A stretch of 64,000 nt of DNA from Bdellovibrionota bacterium (GCA_041391425.1 JAWKNZ010000002.1:3921-67920); one strand, 5' to 3'; counted from the first letter of the stretch, positions 8,856-18,674 are shown. Numbers and translations are program-made. Notes: generated by a model from the letters alone, not told the origin.

Positions 8856-9203
8856 TCAAGATGCTTTTGAAGCAATCTCGACATGACATTTTATACCTGC
8901 GCGTTCCAATTGAGAGTTAATAAGCGGTTGTAAAAATGTTTCGATTGGATATCCCATAGCATCTGATAATTTCTTAGCAAATTCTACTCCCACAACCTTT
9001 CTATCTTTTTCTACATCAGAGAGAAACTGCCGAGATACCCCAATTTGTCGAGCTAGTTCTACTTGTGTTATCTCGTCGCATTCACGGAGCGAACGTATAG
9101 TCTCACCAAAACTTGGTTGAATTTTCAGATCTTTCAAGACTTTTCCTGCTCGTTGGTAATTTCTTTTGTTTTTCTTAGTATTCATGTTTGGACACCTCTT
9201 CAA
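8856..9203 (-). CDS. XRE-family HTH antitoxin (HigA-like)
   Basis: HTH_XRE pattern IRSLRECDEITQVELARQIGVSRQFLSDVEKDRK. It lies immediately downstream of, and overlapping, a RelE/HigB-like toxin gene. Confidence 0.75.
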   Translation of the reverse strand: MKRCPNMNTKKNKRNYQRAGKVLKDLKIQPSFGETIRSLRECDEITQVELARQIGVSRQFLSDVEKDRKVVGVEFAKKLSDAMGYPIETFLQPLINSQLERAGIKCHVEIASKAS

Positions 9204-9483
9204 TCGTCACGAGATTTAAAATTCCAGATGATTCGCGATAAATTGCTCTCCATGCCTTGTTGAGCCGTATGGATCTTTGTCCTTTTCGCTTTCCAAGTAG
9301 TGGTTCGTCATGAAATCCGGGAATTTTTCTGGCTTCGTTTATTCCTCGAAGTTCAACCAGCTGTACCCAAATCGCAAATTTGTTTCGGACATTACAGGGA
9401 GCGTTTCTAAGGCCTTTCTTTGCTGATTTTTCTATAAGTATTTGATAACTCAACAATTCCCCCGTAGCTGGACACAAAACCAA
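9175..9483 (-). CDS. RelE/HigB-superfamily toxin
   Basis: PGFHDEPLLGKRKGQRSIRLNKAWRAIY...VTIEEVSKHEY matches the RelE/HigB pattern (L.G...G.rSirl...wRaiY ... v..v..H.Y). Toxin-first order as in higBA. The true start is probably internal to the track ORF. Confidence 0.7.
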   Translation of the reverse strand: MVLCPATGELLSYQILIEKSAKKGLRNAPCNVRNKFAIWVQLVELRGINEARKIPGFHDEPLLGKRKGQRSIRLNKAWRAIYRESSGILNLVTIEEVSKHEY

Positions 9484-9641
9484 TTGTACTCCTGTTTAGG
9501 TGTACAGTCAAGTAACTAATTTGAAAACTCCTCATCAATAAGAGATGTACGGGTATTGTTACGCTAAACTTTTCTCTTTCTTCAGATTTTAATTTTATCT
9601 CTGCATACTCCTGAGCGATCATTTTTGCTCAGACTTTGTGA

Positions 9642-9831
9642 TTATTTTTGAAGAAAAAAAAGAAAGCCTTTAAGAGGGTAAGTGCAATCCCACTTAGAAT
9701 GGGATAAACTCTCGTAACTCATATTTTGTATCTCCTTCATATGGACCCGCCAAGCCCGAGGGAGATACATTACCCCCGACAAAACTAAATCTGAAGGACA
9801 AGCCTTGAGAGTCTCACTGGTCAAACCAGTG
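9642..9831 (-). mobile_element. IS200/IS605-family left-end stub (subterminal hairpin + first ~15 codons of tnpA)
   Basis: MSYESLSHSKWDCTY (ATG at 9722) matches the conserved IS200 TnpA N-terminus (M.y.sl.H.kw.CkYH), then diverges and stops. Hairpin cactggt-caa-accagtg at 9815-9831 sits ~100 nt upstream, as IS200 left ends do. Confidence 0.4.
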
Positions 9832-9976
9832 GTTTACCTGTCATAAAATTAAAGAGAAATTTCGAAGGGATGATGTACTTGGCTTGTTCTTAAATGTGGA
9901 TGCCATTATGAAATGGCAACACGCCCTAGACTAAAAAAACACTAAAATACATTGATAATCTAATCAAAGAAAAGAT

Positions 9977-11209
9977 CTACTTCCCCTCCGAAATAATAGC
10001 TTCCTTCATTATTTTATTTGGCATACACTGCGTCCCATCCTCTGGATCCCCAGGGCGAGGCGCCCTCCAAAGTTCGCAATCTTTCTTGTCATTAACATCA
10101 ATCTTAGCGTTTAGATCATTCTTATACCACCTTTTATGATCAGAAAAATATTCATTAAGAACGGCTTGCTGCTGTTCAAAATCCCATGCATGGGTGCGTT
10201 GTAGCATAATATAGTCCCAGATATTGATAAAACCTTTTTTTCTTTGCTCTTCAGACCATTTTACAGATGTCAATTCGGCAATATCCGATTCCTTAAAATC
10301 TTCCTTTAACCCCATAGAAGTCCGCACCGATTCATCCAATTCAACAAATTTACGAGTTTTAGGATTCACCCATAAAAGATTATAGGATGACATATGATGA
10401 GGGACCACACTTAGAGCTACCCGAGCATTATAGCAACCTTCTAAATAGCCCTCTCTTAAAATCTTATGGCCACTGCAAATAGCAGCAATTTCGGTACGAA
10501 ATTCGCTTCTTAGAATATTTTTTCCTTTTTCATAAAGATCAGTTGTACAAGATTCGCGCACATTAAACATAGTGGTCCAACAACCATGCCTTGTATGGGG
10601 TGATTGAACATAATGATGGGCCTGAATTTCACTAAAATATTTGGGCATATATGGAAGATTATTACCCATACTACCCACCCCATCTGTGTTCCAACTCAAT
10701 GAAGTCTCGTCAATTGCATCACTAATATAGTTACCATCAACAAAATTCGCGGCATCATCGATAGTTACAGGTGGATATCGATGTGGATTGGGAATAGTTA
10801 CCATAAGACCATTACCTTCAATCGCTTCAAATGGAACAGTATAATAATAACGCCTCAACCTTCTCATAGCAGCAAGAACAGTTGCTGCAGCGAATTTTTT
10901 TGCTTTAATATTTTCATCTTTAATATTTTCTTGAAGCTTAAGTGGCTGTAACAGATACTGCTTATCACTAAAGTCTCCTATATTGATTTCATACCGATCA
11001 TCGATAACTTTTAAAGATCCTCTTGCATCCCTTAAAAGAGGATTATCTGTATCATCTTTAATGATATCAATTTTTGAATACTTGGCTCTACTCGTCGAAG
11101 ACGCAGACAAACTATAATCAGGATTAGAAGAAGAATCCGTCCGACACCCGACAAGTAACAATAAAAATATGTTAATCCTAATAAAACTCATAAACTCTCC
11201 ACAAAACAT
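9977..11209 (-). CDS. Lipoprotein of unknown function, paralog A
   Basis: Lipobox LLLVGC after a hydrophobic leader (likely start MSFIRIN). Shares PLLRDARG, IQAHHYVQSP and YIMLQRTHAWDFEQQQAVLNEYF blocks with the adjacent gene. Confidence 0.7.
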   Translation of the reverse strand: MFCGEFMSFIRINIFLLLLVGCRTDSSSNPDYSLSASSTSRAKYSKIDIIKDDTDNPLLRDARGSLKVIDDRYEINIGDFSDKQYLLQPLKLQENIKDENIKAKKFAAATVLAAMRRLRRYYYTVPFEAIEGNGLMVTIPNPHRYPPVTIDDAANFVDGNYISDAIDETSLSWNTDGVGSMGNNLPYMPKYFSEIQAHHYVQSPHTRHGCWTTMFNVRESCTTDLYEKGKNILRSEFRTEIAAICSGHKILREGYLEGCYNARVALSVVPHHMSSYNLLWVNPKTRKFVELDESVRTSMGLKEDFKESDIAELTSVKWSEEQRKKGFINIWDYIMLQRTHAWDFEQQQAVLNEYFSDHKRWYKNDLNAKIDVNDKKDCELWRAPRPGDPEDGTQCMPNKIMKEAIISEGK

Positions 11210-11238
11210 TATTTTTAACTAAATTTAAATGAATTCCA

Positions 11239-12582
11239 TTAAGGAGTAGCAGAATTAAGCCCATCCAATTGCATTTGACGAATAAAATTATAACGAGGTT
11301 GATCTGCCAACCAGCTTGGATAAGGATCTAACACCCGACGAGGTCGCTCCTGCTTTAAAACATCTTTATAGAACTTATTAATCACTTCGTTTTGTGATTC
11401 GATATTAAAATCCATAACTCCAGTTCTTATATACATGATATAGGCAAAAGCCTTGGAATTCTCCTCTTTTTTAAAAAAAGGAAGATCCGCTAAATGCTCT
11501 TTAAAAGAAATACAAAAAATATTTGTATTCTTTATATCATCTGGATCACCGCATTTCGAATCAGTTATGGCTTTTTTAGTTGAGGCTGCAATATTACCTA
11601 TTTTATTTTGCAGGCTTTTCCTCTCCGCACTTGACAATGTCGTGTCAGTTTTTAGCTTTTTAGTCAAAGCTGATAACTTAAGCAAGCTACTGCGCAATTC
11701 TACCAATCTGTTCGCGAAATTCGTCCTAGCACCAGATAACGGGAGTTGGCAGTAGTAATGAGCTTGAATATCTTGCCATGGTGTTGCTCTAGCATTTTTC
11801 AAGCAAGTATTCCTCGCTCCCATATTAGCAGAGGTACTCTGACTAAATTCGGTAGAAATACGCTCAAATGCTTCCAATGTTGGATCAACATCCATTAGAT
11901 AATTAATCTCACCTCGTTTAAGAGGCTGTCCAAAAGTACTTTGCTCTGATGGCGTTGGAAGAGCTGGTTTATTTTTATTTACCCATTTTTTAAGACCTTC
12001 ATTTCTCTCTAAACCAATGACTGAAAAGGCAACCATTTCGTCCCCTTTTACATTTGCTTCGATATAGCATTTCTTCTTATCACCTATTGATTTATTATCC
12101 TTATAATGAGGAGCAGTGATTGATTTTTTCACAAGCTCCTTTTCAACCAGGCCACAAGGCCAAGGATCATTGGAAAAAAGCCCTGAGCTAATAAAGTCTG
12201 GACGCTGAAGCTCACCTAACCTTGCACCCTCTGAAGTAAAAAGAGTAATAACACCTCCAACCCTATATTCTCCCAAAAACGAAATTTCGTGCGAAACAAT
12301 TGGCTCACCACGCGCATCTCGTAAGGGTTCTCCTTCATGACTTTCATCTGCCTTATAAAAAATAAACTTACCTGCACCAAAATCATATTTAGCGGGATAA
12401 ACTTCCGGTAAACCATGCATGGCCTTTAAACCGCCCCTTTCCTCATTTTTAGAAGTAACCCTACAGGAGGCAAAAAAGCTTGATATTAGTAAAATAGAAA
12501 GGACGAAGAAAGAACCATAAGTATTTAATTTAATACGAAAATTTAGAAAAGAAATCGACATATTATGCTCAACCTTTGTCAA
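11239..12582 (-). CDS. Lipoprotein of unknown function, paralog B
   Basis: Lipobox FFASC. Conserved blocks EPLRDARGEP, IQAHYYCQLP and YIMYIRTGVMDFNIESQNEVINKFY are shared with paralog A. It is 29 nt upstream of A on the same strand. Confidence 0.7.
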   Translation of the reverse strand: MTKVEHNMSISFLNFRIKLNTYGSFFVLSILLISSFFASCRVTSKNEERGGLKAMHGLPEVYPAKYDFGAGKFIFYKADESHEGEPLRDARGEPIVSHEISFLGEYRVGGVITLFTSEGARLGELQRPDFISSGLFSNDPWPCGLVEKELVKKSITAPHYKDNKSIGDKKKCYIEANVKGDEMVAFSVIGLERNEGLKKWVNKNKPALPTPSEQSTFGQPLKRGEINYLMDVDPTLEAFERISTEFSQSTSANMGARNTCLKNARATPWQDIQAHYYCQLPLSGARTNFANRLVELRSSLLKLSALTKKLKTDTTLSSAERKSLQNKIGNIAASTKKAITDSKCGDPDDIKNTNIFCISFKEHLADLPFFKKEENSKAFAYIMYIRTGVMDFNIESQNEVINKFYKDVLKQERPRRVLDPYPSWLADQPRYNFIRQMQLDGLNSATP

Positions 12583-13014
12583 TGATTTGTAACGTTGTTA
12601 TTAAGGATCTTCTATTAAGTATTTTACTAAGACAATCAATTCATAGTCAATTTTTTGAACACATTCTATCAAATTCATAACCATTCATATTTTTAAAGAC
12701 CTACGGGGGTATTTTATTCGGAAGCATTGACTCACCTCCGATTAAGCTTACTAGAATATTTAAAGAGCTTACATAATTTTCATAATTAACTATTAATCAA
12801 TGGTTCAAACAATCGAAAAAATATATCTCTAAATTTTTTAAAAAATAAATAGAAGAATCTATAACCTTCCTTTCTCAAAAAAATGCTTTAAACTAAAGCT
12901 AAATATATCAAATAGCGACTCACTCATAAAATCCAAAATAGCAGAAATAGAGCCGCATCTAACTAAAATTAAAATATAATTGGTAAATTTCAAAAAAAGC
13001 ATTATACATTTCAC

Positions 13015-13197
13015 TAGGGCATGTTGACGTTTCATTTTCGTAGCGAGAGACAAATACTTGAAAGTCGTAGCTAGGAAGGGTTTCAAAAATTACCGGAGGT
13101 GTACTAGATGTACATTGAGGATAATTTTTGAAACCATGACAACGTTGTGACTCAAGGGTTTGGCTCGTAGTAGGAAATGAAACGTCAACATGCCCTA
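13015..13197. repeat. 183-nt nested imperfect palindrome (MITE-like or long hairpin element)
   Basis: Perfect 23-nt inverted repeat tagggcatgttgacgtttcattt (13015-13037) / aaatgaaacgtcaacatgcccta (13175-13197). Inner arms ggtttcaaaaatta (13079-13092) / taatttttgaaacc (13122-13135), with partial complementarity between them. Confidence 0.8.
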
Positions 13198-13227
13198 AGC
13201 GTTTATCACTAATATTGGAGTTAAAGA

Positions 13228-13731
13228 ATGAAACCATTTAGTGAAGCAAGCTACCTAGCTCAAGTAAAACGACTTCGCTGCATGGCTGAAAGCGCAGTAT
13301 CTAAATACCCAATAAAAAATTATGACTTGAAATTCATTCAACATGGTGAAAATGCGACATTTAAAGTCATTACTCCACGGCAAGATTACTTATTAAGGCT
13401 TCATCGCAATGGATATCACACTAGGTCAGCTATCCTAGAAGAGCTCAAATGGTTAGAAAACCTTTCAAATACTACTAACATACCAGTTCAGCAACCGTTT
13501 GCTTCTAAAAAAGATGAGCTAATAATATTGCAACATGGGGAAGAAACCCCATCTAGGCATTGTAGCATTCTTAAGTGGCAATCAGGCCAAATAAAATTCA
13601 AGCGACTAGGCCCAAAAGATCTGTATACAATAGGTGAGTTAACAGCACAACTTCATAAGGCAACTACAAAAAGAAAGATCAAGCATCGCAACTATTCCAA
13701 AAAAATAATGAACAGTATTATATTCTATTGA
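13228..13731 (+). pseudogene. Aminoglycoside/choline-kinase-type phosphotransferase (APH fold), N-lobe only
   Basis: FIQHGENATFKV...YLLRLHRNGYHTRSAILEELKWLENL fits the APH/CotS N-terminal lobe. The ORF stops at 167 aa, before any HxDxxxxN catalytic loop. Confidence 0.55.
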
Positions 13732-13844
13732 AATAACAAAAAAGCAGTGCTAAAAACCAGCCGATAAACATATTTATACAAGTTTCAAATTAAAACCATT
13801 CACTCATATAAGCCATATTAACCTTCAAAGATTTGAGAGAAAAA

Positions 13845-13955
13845 ATGGATTTTAAACGAACATTCACCAACGCACCTTGGGAAAAGCAAATAGGATACTG
13901 TCGCGCTCTGAAAGCCGGCGATCATATCTATGTAACTGACACAGGCACCAAATGA
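13845..13955 (+). pseudogene. RidA/YjgF-family fragment (first ~36 codons)
   Basis: MDFKRTFTNAPWEKQIGYCRALKAGDHIYVTDTGTK* matches the N-terminal RidA-like pattern (pwE..iGYsrAv..Gd.i.vsGt), then stops. Its TGA overlaps the ATG of the next gene. Confidence 0.5.
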
Positions 13956-14341
13956 AGGCTCTATTTATTTTCTATGTTAAAAACCAAGAAAAAAGTAAAA
14001 ATTTTTATGAAAATGTGCTGCAGAAAAAGCCATGCCTAGATGTCCCTGGCATGACTGAATTTTTATTAAATGGCGGATACTATTTAGGACTAATGCCTGA
14101 AGCTGGAATTAGACGCTTGCTGGGTGAGAAATTCCCCGATCCCAGCCTAGGAACAGGCATCCCAAGATCTGAGCTCTATTTGAGGGTTCAAAACCCTCAA
14201 GATTATCATGAAAGATCAATTAAAAATGGAGGAGTTCACATTAGTTTTTTAGAAAAAAGAGACTGGGGAGACCTTGTTGCCTATTCATTAGATCTGGATG
14301 GACATGTATTAGCTTTTGCCAAATCCAGTAACGGCGAATAA
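13952..14341 (+). CDS. VOC (glyoxalase/bleomycin-resistance) family protein
   Basis: 129 aa with a typical VOC N-terminus (LFIFYVKNQEKSKNFYENVL) and C-terminal DLDGHVLAF. Confidence 0.7.
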   Translation: MKALFIFYVKNQEKSKNFYENVLQKKPCLDVPGMTEFLLNGGYYLGLMPEAGIRRLLGEKFPDPSLGTGIPRSELYLRVQNPQDYHERSIKNGGVHISFLEKRDWGDLVAYSLDLDGHVLAFAKSSNGE

Positions 14342-14438
14342 ATCCTATCAACCAGTTGTTAGTTCTAACTAGCCTAATAGAAAAAATAATTTAGTCGAGC
14401 TTCTAAATCAAAAAACAGAAGAAATGCCAGGAGATTAA

Positions 14439-14681
14439 ATGAACCAAGAAAAAATTATAAAGGACGGTATATATCAACATCACAAAGGAAGAAAATACAA
14501 GCTTATAGATATAGTTAGGCATAGTGAGACTCTAGAAGAATTAGTTCTTTATGAAACGCTATATGAAAACAATATTGGAAAGCTTTGGGTCAGGCCAAAG
14601 AATATGTTTTTAGAGCACCTAGAGGACGGCAATCCTCGATTTAAATACGTAGGTGATAAAATAGAAAAAGAGGACATCTGA
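14439..14681 (+). CDS. DUF1653 domain protein
   Basis: YQHHKGRKYKLIDIVRHSETLEELVLYETLYENNIGKLWVRPKNMF is the DUF1653 signature. Confidence 0.75.
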   Translation: MNQEKIIKDGIYQHHKGRKYKLIDIVRHSETLEELVLYETLYENNIGKLWVRPKNMFLEHLEDGNPRFKYVGDKIEKEDI

Positions 14682-14797
14682 CAACATTAATCATGTTATA
14701 ATTATGGTCTCTCATATAATAAATCTATAGAATTTTACAAAAAAATCGAGCTATTCTCAGAAATAACGTTTTTCCTATTTATCCTCAAAGGAAAGTT

Positions 14798-15043
14798 ATG
14801 CATAAAATAATCGAATCCAATGGAACAGTGATAAAATTTGTTGATAACAAACCAAAATACTCTACTTTTGAAAATGAGCGCAAGTGGTTGGTTGACGATG
14901 ATTTTATGATATCATTTGAAGGTAGGTGGAACTATCTAATCACAGACAAGTATATTGAAAATAGCAGGCTAAGAATCCGTTCAGCATTGGACTCAGATAC
15001 GAATAAATTTATTTATAAACTATGTAAAAAGTCTACATGTTGA
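14798..15043 (+). pseudogene. CYTH-domain protein fragment
   Basis: FENERKWLVDD resembles the CYTH N-terminal ExExK motif (EiErKfLv). Only 81 aa are present, and the ORF abuts an unrelated fragment 4 nt downstream. Confidence 0.4.
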
Positions 15044-15047
15044 GAAT

Positions 15048-15167
15048 TTAGATGCAATCGATGGAACCCCTGTCCTTGACATCAAGCCTTGGATCAAAGA
15101 ATTTGGCCCCAAAGGAAGCATAATTCAACCAGCATGGATAAGCGATCTAATGAAAAACTATTTTTAG
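15048..15167 (+). pseudogene. TsaA/TrmO-type methyltransferase C-terminal fragment
   Basis: LDAIDGTPVLDIKPWIKEFGP... matches the conserved TrmO/TsaA motif (ldGTPvLDIKPY). No upstream part of the gene is present. Confidence 0.55.
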
Positions 15168-15308
15168 AGAGATTAACACTTACGCTAAGTAATATATACA
15201 TTTAGCTCTTATATTTATTAGCAATTAAAATATCCGAACAAAAGATAACAATAATGCACTTTTTATAAGAACCTAAAATTCCTAAAATTGAATCTAATTT
15301 AACACAAG

Positions 15309-17657
15309 CTATGCAGCCTGATCTAGATCCAATAAATTATCCTCATCAGCTCTAGAACTAGCCTTCGAAGAACTACTTCGAACCGCACTAAGATTATTAT
15401 AGCGCATCCTAGAGCCCTCAACCTCATGCTCCAATTGCATTGCTAATTGAATAAGTACAGAAATTTGAGAAAGCAAATTATCAGATATTTCTGCCGTTTC
15501 ATGAGCAACATCGGAATTTTTATTTGTTGTGGAGTCTAATTGATTCATCGCAATAGTAATATTATTAACCCCTTCAGATTGTTCCTTAGAGGCGGATGCA
15601 ATTTCTGATGACATCTTCGATATCAATGACACATCTTGAACAACCTTATCAAAAATCTTAGTACACTCATTTGCTATCTTGATGCCAGACTCTATCTTAG
15701 ATTTTCCATTTGCAACATGATGCTCAACCTGCTTACTACTTGAATCAATAGCATTACGGACATTTTTTATATTTTCTGTTAACATCTTTTCAATCTCACT
15801 AGCTGCAGTGCCACTCATTGTTGCTAAATTTCCAATTTCTTCAGCAACAACGGCAAAACCTTTTCCATGTTCGCCTGCTCTAGCTGCTTCCACAGATGCA
15901 TTAAAAGATAAAAGTTTTGTTTGAAACACGATATCATTTATAACCTTCGTCTTATTTGCTATCTCCTGTATAACAATAACAATATTCTCTACTTTTTTGT
16001 TACTATCCGCGATCGAACTTGTAATATTTCGATTGCTTTCAGAAATATCATTTATCGCTTTCGCCATATCTTCAATCGCACCTTTGCCTTGTGCGATAAT
16101 ATTTTCGCTATTTTTTGCAGTCTCTGAAGACTTTTCAGTATTCCCAACAGATCGATTTAGCATAGCACTTATCTCATCGAGAGAAGCCACAGTTTCTTGA
16201 ATAGCAGAAGCTTGCTCAGTAGCTCCCTCAGCAACTGAATCAGCCGCACCTTTCAAGGTACTACTAAATTCCGTTGTTTTTTTACATGACATTCGAAGAC
16301 GCTGAGCTATAGCGCCAATCCTTTTCGATAAAGTTGAGGAGAAAAACCAAGAAAAGACAGCAATTACCATAAAAGTGACCAAGAAAAGTGTTAAATTTAA
16401 TAACATAAATTCTTTGCTTTGCAGAGCCTCATCCTCATCAATTTCCGATAATACATACCAATTTAATCCTGGAATATTCAAAGGACGAAAAGAACTTAAA
16501 ACATTGACGCCACGATAGTCTTTGAAAATGTCAAAACCAGTTTCACCAAGAACCACTCTCCTGGATCCTTCAGAATCCACCCGTTGCGATAGAACTGTCG
16601 TATTTTTGGCTCTAATATAATCAAGACTTTCCTCGGACAAGCCTATTTGATCCGCCATTGAAAAATAATTTTCCGGCTCTTCGACAATAAACCGTGAAAT
16701 GCTACGCATCGATTTATCATGTCCAATTAAATAAGACTCTCCAGAGGCGCCAAATCCTGTTTCCAGCCACTTTCGATTATTTGTCATAATATTATCAATT
16801 TTATTAACCGGAATCTGAAAAATTAAAGTTCCAACTTTTGTTTCTTTATCAAATACAGGAATAGCTATAAACGACGCAGAATCATTATATGATGGTAAAT
16901 ACTGTAATAAGTCGACAATTACGGGACCATCATTAAGATCTAAGTCATTTGCCTTATGAAAAGCATCAGCCAAATTTGACTTGGCAAAAGGACCATCTTC
17001 CAGAGAAGTCATAAAATCAAGTTCTTTAAAAACCGAGTAGATAATCCTACCTTCTAAATCAACTAAAAAAATATCATAATACCCAAATTCAGTTAGAAAT
17101 TGCCTAAATGTATTGTGATATCGGTTATGGACCTTTGACCATGACGTGTTATCATCAGCTTTGTAAAGTTGGTCCTTTGAGCCTAGAGGATTTTCATTTT
17201 TACTGATATAACTATATTGCGCATAAATGCTTGTCTTATCAAGCTTATTTAACATTTCCCCAGATAATATCGTTGAATTATTTTTCCTTTTATATTCACT
17301 TGCAAATTCTTCGATATAAAATGATTCTAAGGAACTCTTTGCCTGATCTATATTCCCACTTAGTTTATGTTCTCTAGGAATCTTTTTTACTGCATCTGAA
17401 AAATCTTTTATTGCTTCGATAGTAACTTTGTTCTTAGCAAGTGAAGATACTTGATGCTTCATACCTTCAAATAAATCTTCAATTTGTTTAGCCTTAGTTT
17501 CACGAATTACGAGAAGTTTATCCTTAGATGCTGCAAGCAAGGTTTCTTGATTCTTCTTAACCGAAATAAATGCAGTAATTCCGACTGGTAAAATTCCAAA
17601 TAATATAAAAGATGCAATCATCTTATTTCTCAGTGTAAATCGATCCAATATAGACAT
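15309..17657 (-). CDS. Methyl-accepting chemotaxis protein with periplasmic dCache-type sensor
   Basis: N-terminal TM helix, ~380-aa periplasmic region, second TM helix, and a C-terminal MCP signalling domain ([37 protein letters not shown]). Confidence 0.9.
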   Translation of the reverse strand: MSILDRFTLRNKMIASFILFGILPVGITAFISVKKNQETLLAASKDKLLVIRETKAKQIEDLFEGMKHQVSSLAKNKVTIEAIKDFSDAVKKIPREHKLSGNIDQAKSSLESFYIEEFASEYKRKNNSTILSGEMLNKLDKTSIYAQYSYISKNENPLGSKDQLYKADDNTSWSKVHNRYHNTFRQFLTEFGYYDIFLVDLEGRIIYSVFKELDFMTSLEDGPFAKSNLADAFHKANDLDLNDGPVIVDLLQYLPSYNDSASFIAIPVFDKETKVGTLIFQIPVNKIDNIMTNNRKWLETGFGASGESYLIGHDKSMRSISRFIVEEPENYFSMADQIGLSEESLDYIRAKNTTVLSQRVDSEGSRRVVLGETGFDIFKDYRGVNVLSSFRPLNIPGLNWYVLSEIDEDEALQSKEFMLLNLTLFLVTFMVIAVFSWFFSSTLSKRIGAIAQRLRMSCKKTTEFSSTLKGAADSVAEGATEQASAIQETVASLDEISAMLNRSVGNTEKSSETAKNSENIIAQGKGAIEDMAKAINDISESNRNITSSIADSNKKVENIVIVIQEIANKTKVINDIVFQTKLLSFNASVEAARAGEHGKGFAVVAEEIGNLATMSGTAASEIEKMLTENIKNVRNAIDSSSKQVEHHVANGKSKIESGIKIANECTKIFDKVVQDVSLISKMSSEIASASKEQSEGVNNITIAMNQLDSTTNKNSDVAHETAEISDNLLSQISVLIQLAMQLEHEVEGSRMRYNNLSAVRSSSSKASSRADEDNLLDLDQAA

Positions 17658-18047
17658 GAAAGACCTCCGAATGACTATTTACTTCAAACAGCAGCTACAG
17701 ATAATGTTATTAGATTGCTATGCGAAGTTAAAAGAAAATTAAATTCCTCATACCTCTCTGAGAATGAAAAATTAAGAACCATCAAAAAGTATAATTTTAT
17801 ATTTCATCTATAAAACCTTGTTAAACTTTATTACGAGGAACCTTTTAAATAGAACCTCGACAAGATATAAAGACAAGGAATCTTCATGAGTGTAAATCGG
17901 TACTACATACTTTTACTTTAATGATATTTTTAGCCATAGAATTGTTACAGAAACTTACTGAAAAGACACTAATAAAGGTTTAAGTAAAAAAGATTGATTA
18001 ACCAAGATATTCAAAGTTGCAGTATTCAAAAATTTTAATAAAATCGG

Positions 18048-18674
18048 GATAGGGAGGCCCTCTCGGGCTTTCCCTCCCACACCACCGGGCAAACGGGTCC
18101 GTACCACGGCGGTTCGATTTAGTTAAATGTTCTTGGCCAACCTCGGAAGACCTAATTGGTCAAAGTATTTGTTAGGCAGAGCGATTCGGACTCCTGGAGT
18201 ATGGCACACATTCCAAGGCCCTTTTGCACTCCAAGCTGTACTTTGAGCAAGGTCGCATCGGACTCCTAAACGCAGTAATTCAGACTTCCGTCGTTTATAT
18301 ACCTTCCATTGTTTCCACTGAATACAACGTAGGCGACGGCGAATCCAACCATCAAGTTCCGTAAGAATGCTCGGAGTCTGGCAATATCCGTAGTAGCCTC
18401 GTCAACCCATCAAATAGGTTGAAAGGCGAGCCATGATATCCTCCAAACTACGACCACAATTTCGTTTCGTGAGTCTTCTGACTTGCGCTCGGAATCTTGC
18501 AATCGACTCAGGATCTATCTTGCGCCGTTTAGACTGCTGATGGAAATGCCTCTTATTCACATAGCAATATGCTCTATAAAAATAAGACATTCCATTCACA
18601 AAAACTATATAAGATTTATTTGCTTTCCTGTTGTATGATATAATAATAGTATTGAGAACCCAAATAGCCATCAA
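18048..18674 (-). mobile_element. Group II intron 3' remnant (maturase/X-domain coding end plus ~75 nt of 3' structured RNA), 5'-truncated
   Basis: GC-rich island in AT-rich DNA. It encodes the conserved RT C-terminus, followed by the GNRA-capped hairpin gggaggGAAAgcccGAGAgggcctccc ending ...ctat at ~18048. No 5' intron domains or RT palm motifs are present. Confidence 0.7.
18123..18674 (-). pseudogene. Group II intron reverse transcriptase/maturase, C-terminal part with in-frame TGA
   Basis: ...IARFRAQVRRLTKRNCGRSLEDIMARLSTYLMG-TGA-RGYYGYCQTPSILTELDGWIRRRLRCIQWKQWKVYKRRKSELLRLGV...GPWNV...LPNKYFDQLGLPRL. The TGA (18402-18404) sits where the conserved GW Trp is expected. The same frame continues for 92 codons to TAA at 18123-18125. 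Confidence 0.75.

Noticed and set aside
18048-18122. Assigning group II intron domains V and VI explicitly
   Set aside because: A GAGA-capped hairpin is visible, but by hand I could not fold a convincing 34-nt domain V with the catalytic triad and bulge. Only the general call '3' intron RNA remnant' is made.
18402-18404. In-frame TGA at a conserved Trp position of the maturase (plus TGA at 36952-36954): could the organism read TGA as Trp (genetic code 4)?
   Set aside because: ORFs of 700-1100 codons (RND pumps, MCP, Fe-S protein) are uninterrupted under the standard code and use TGG for Trp. TGA also serves as a normal terminator, for example at 3035-3037, 14679-14681 and 49980-49982. The internal stops are better explained as pseudogene lesions.
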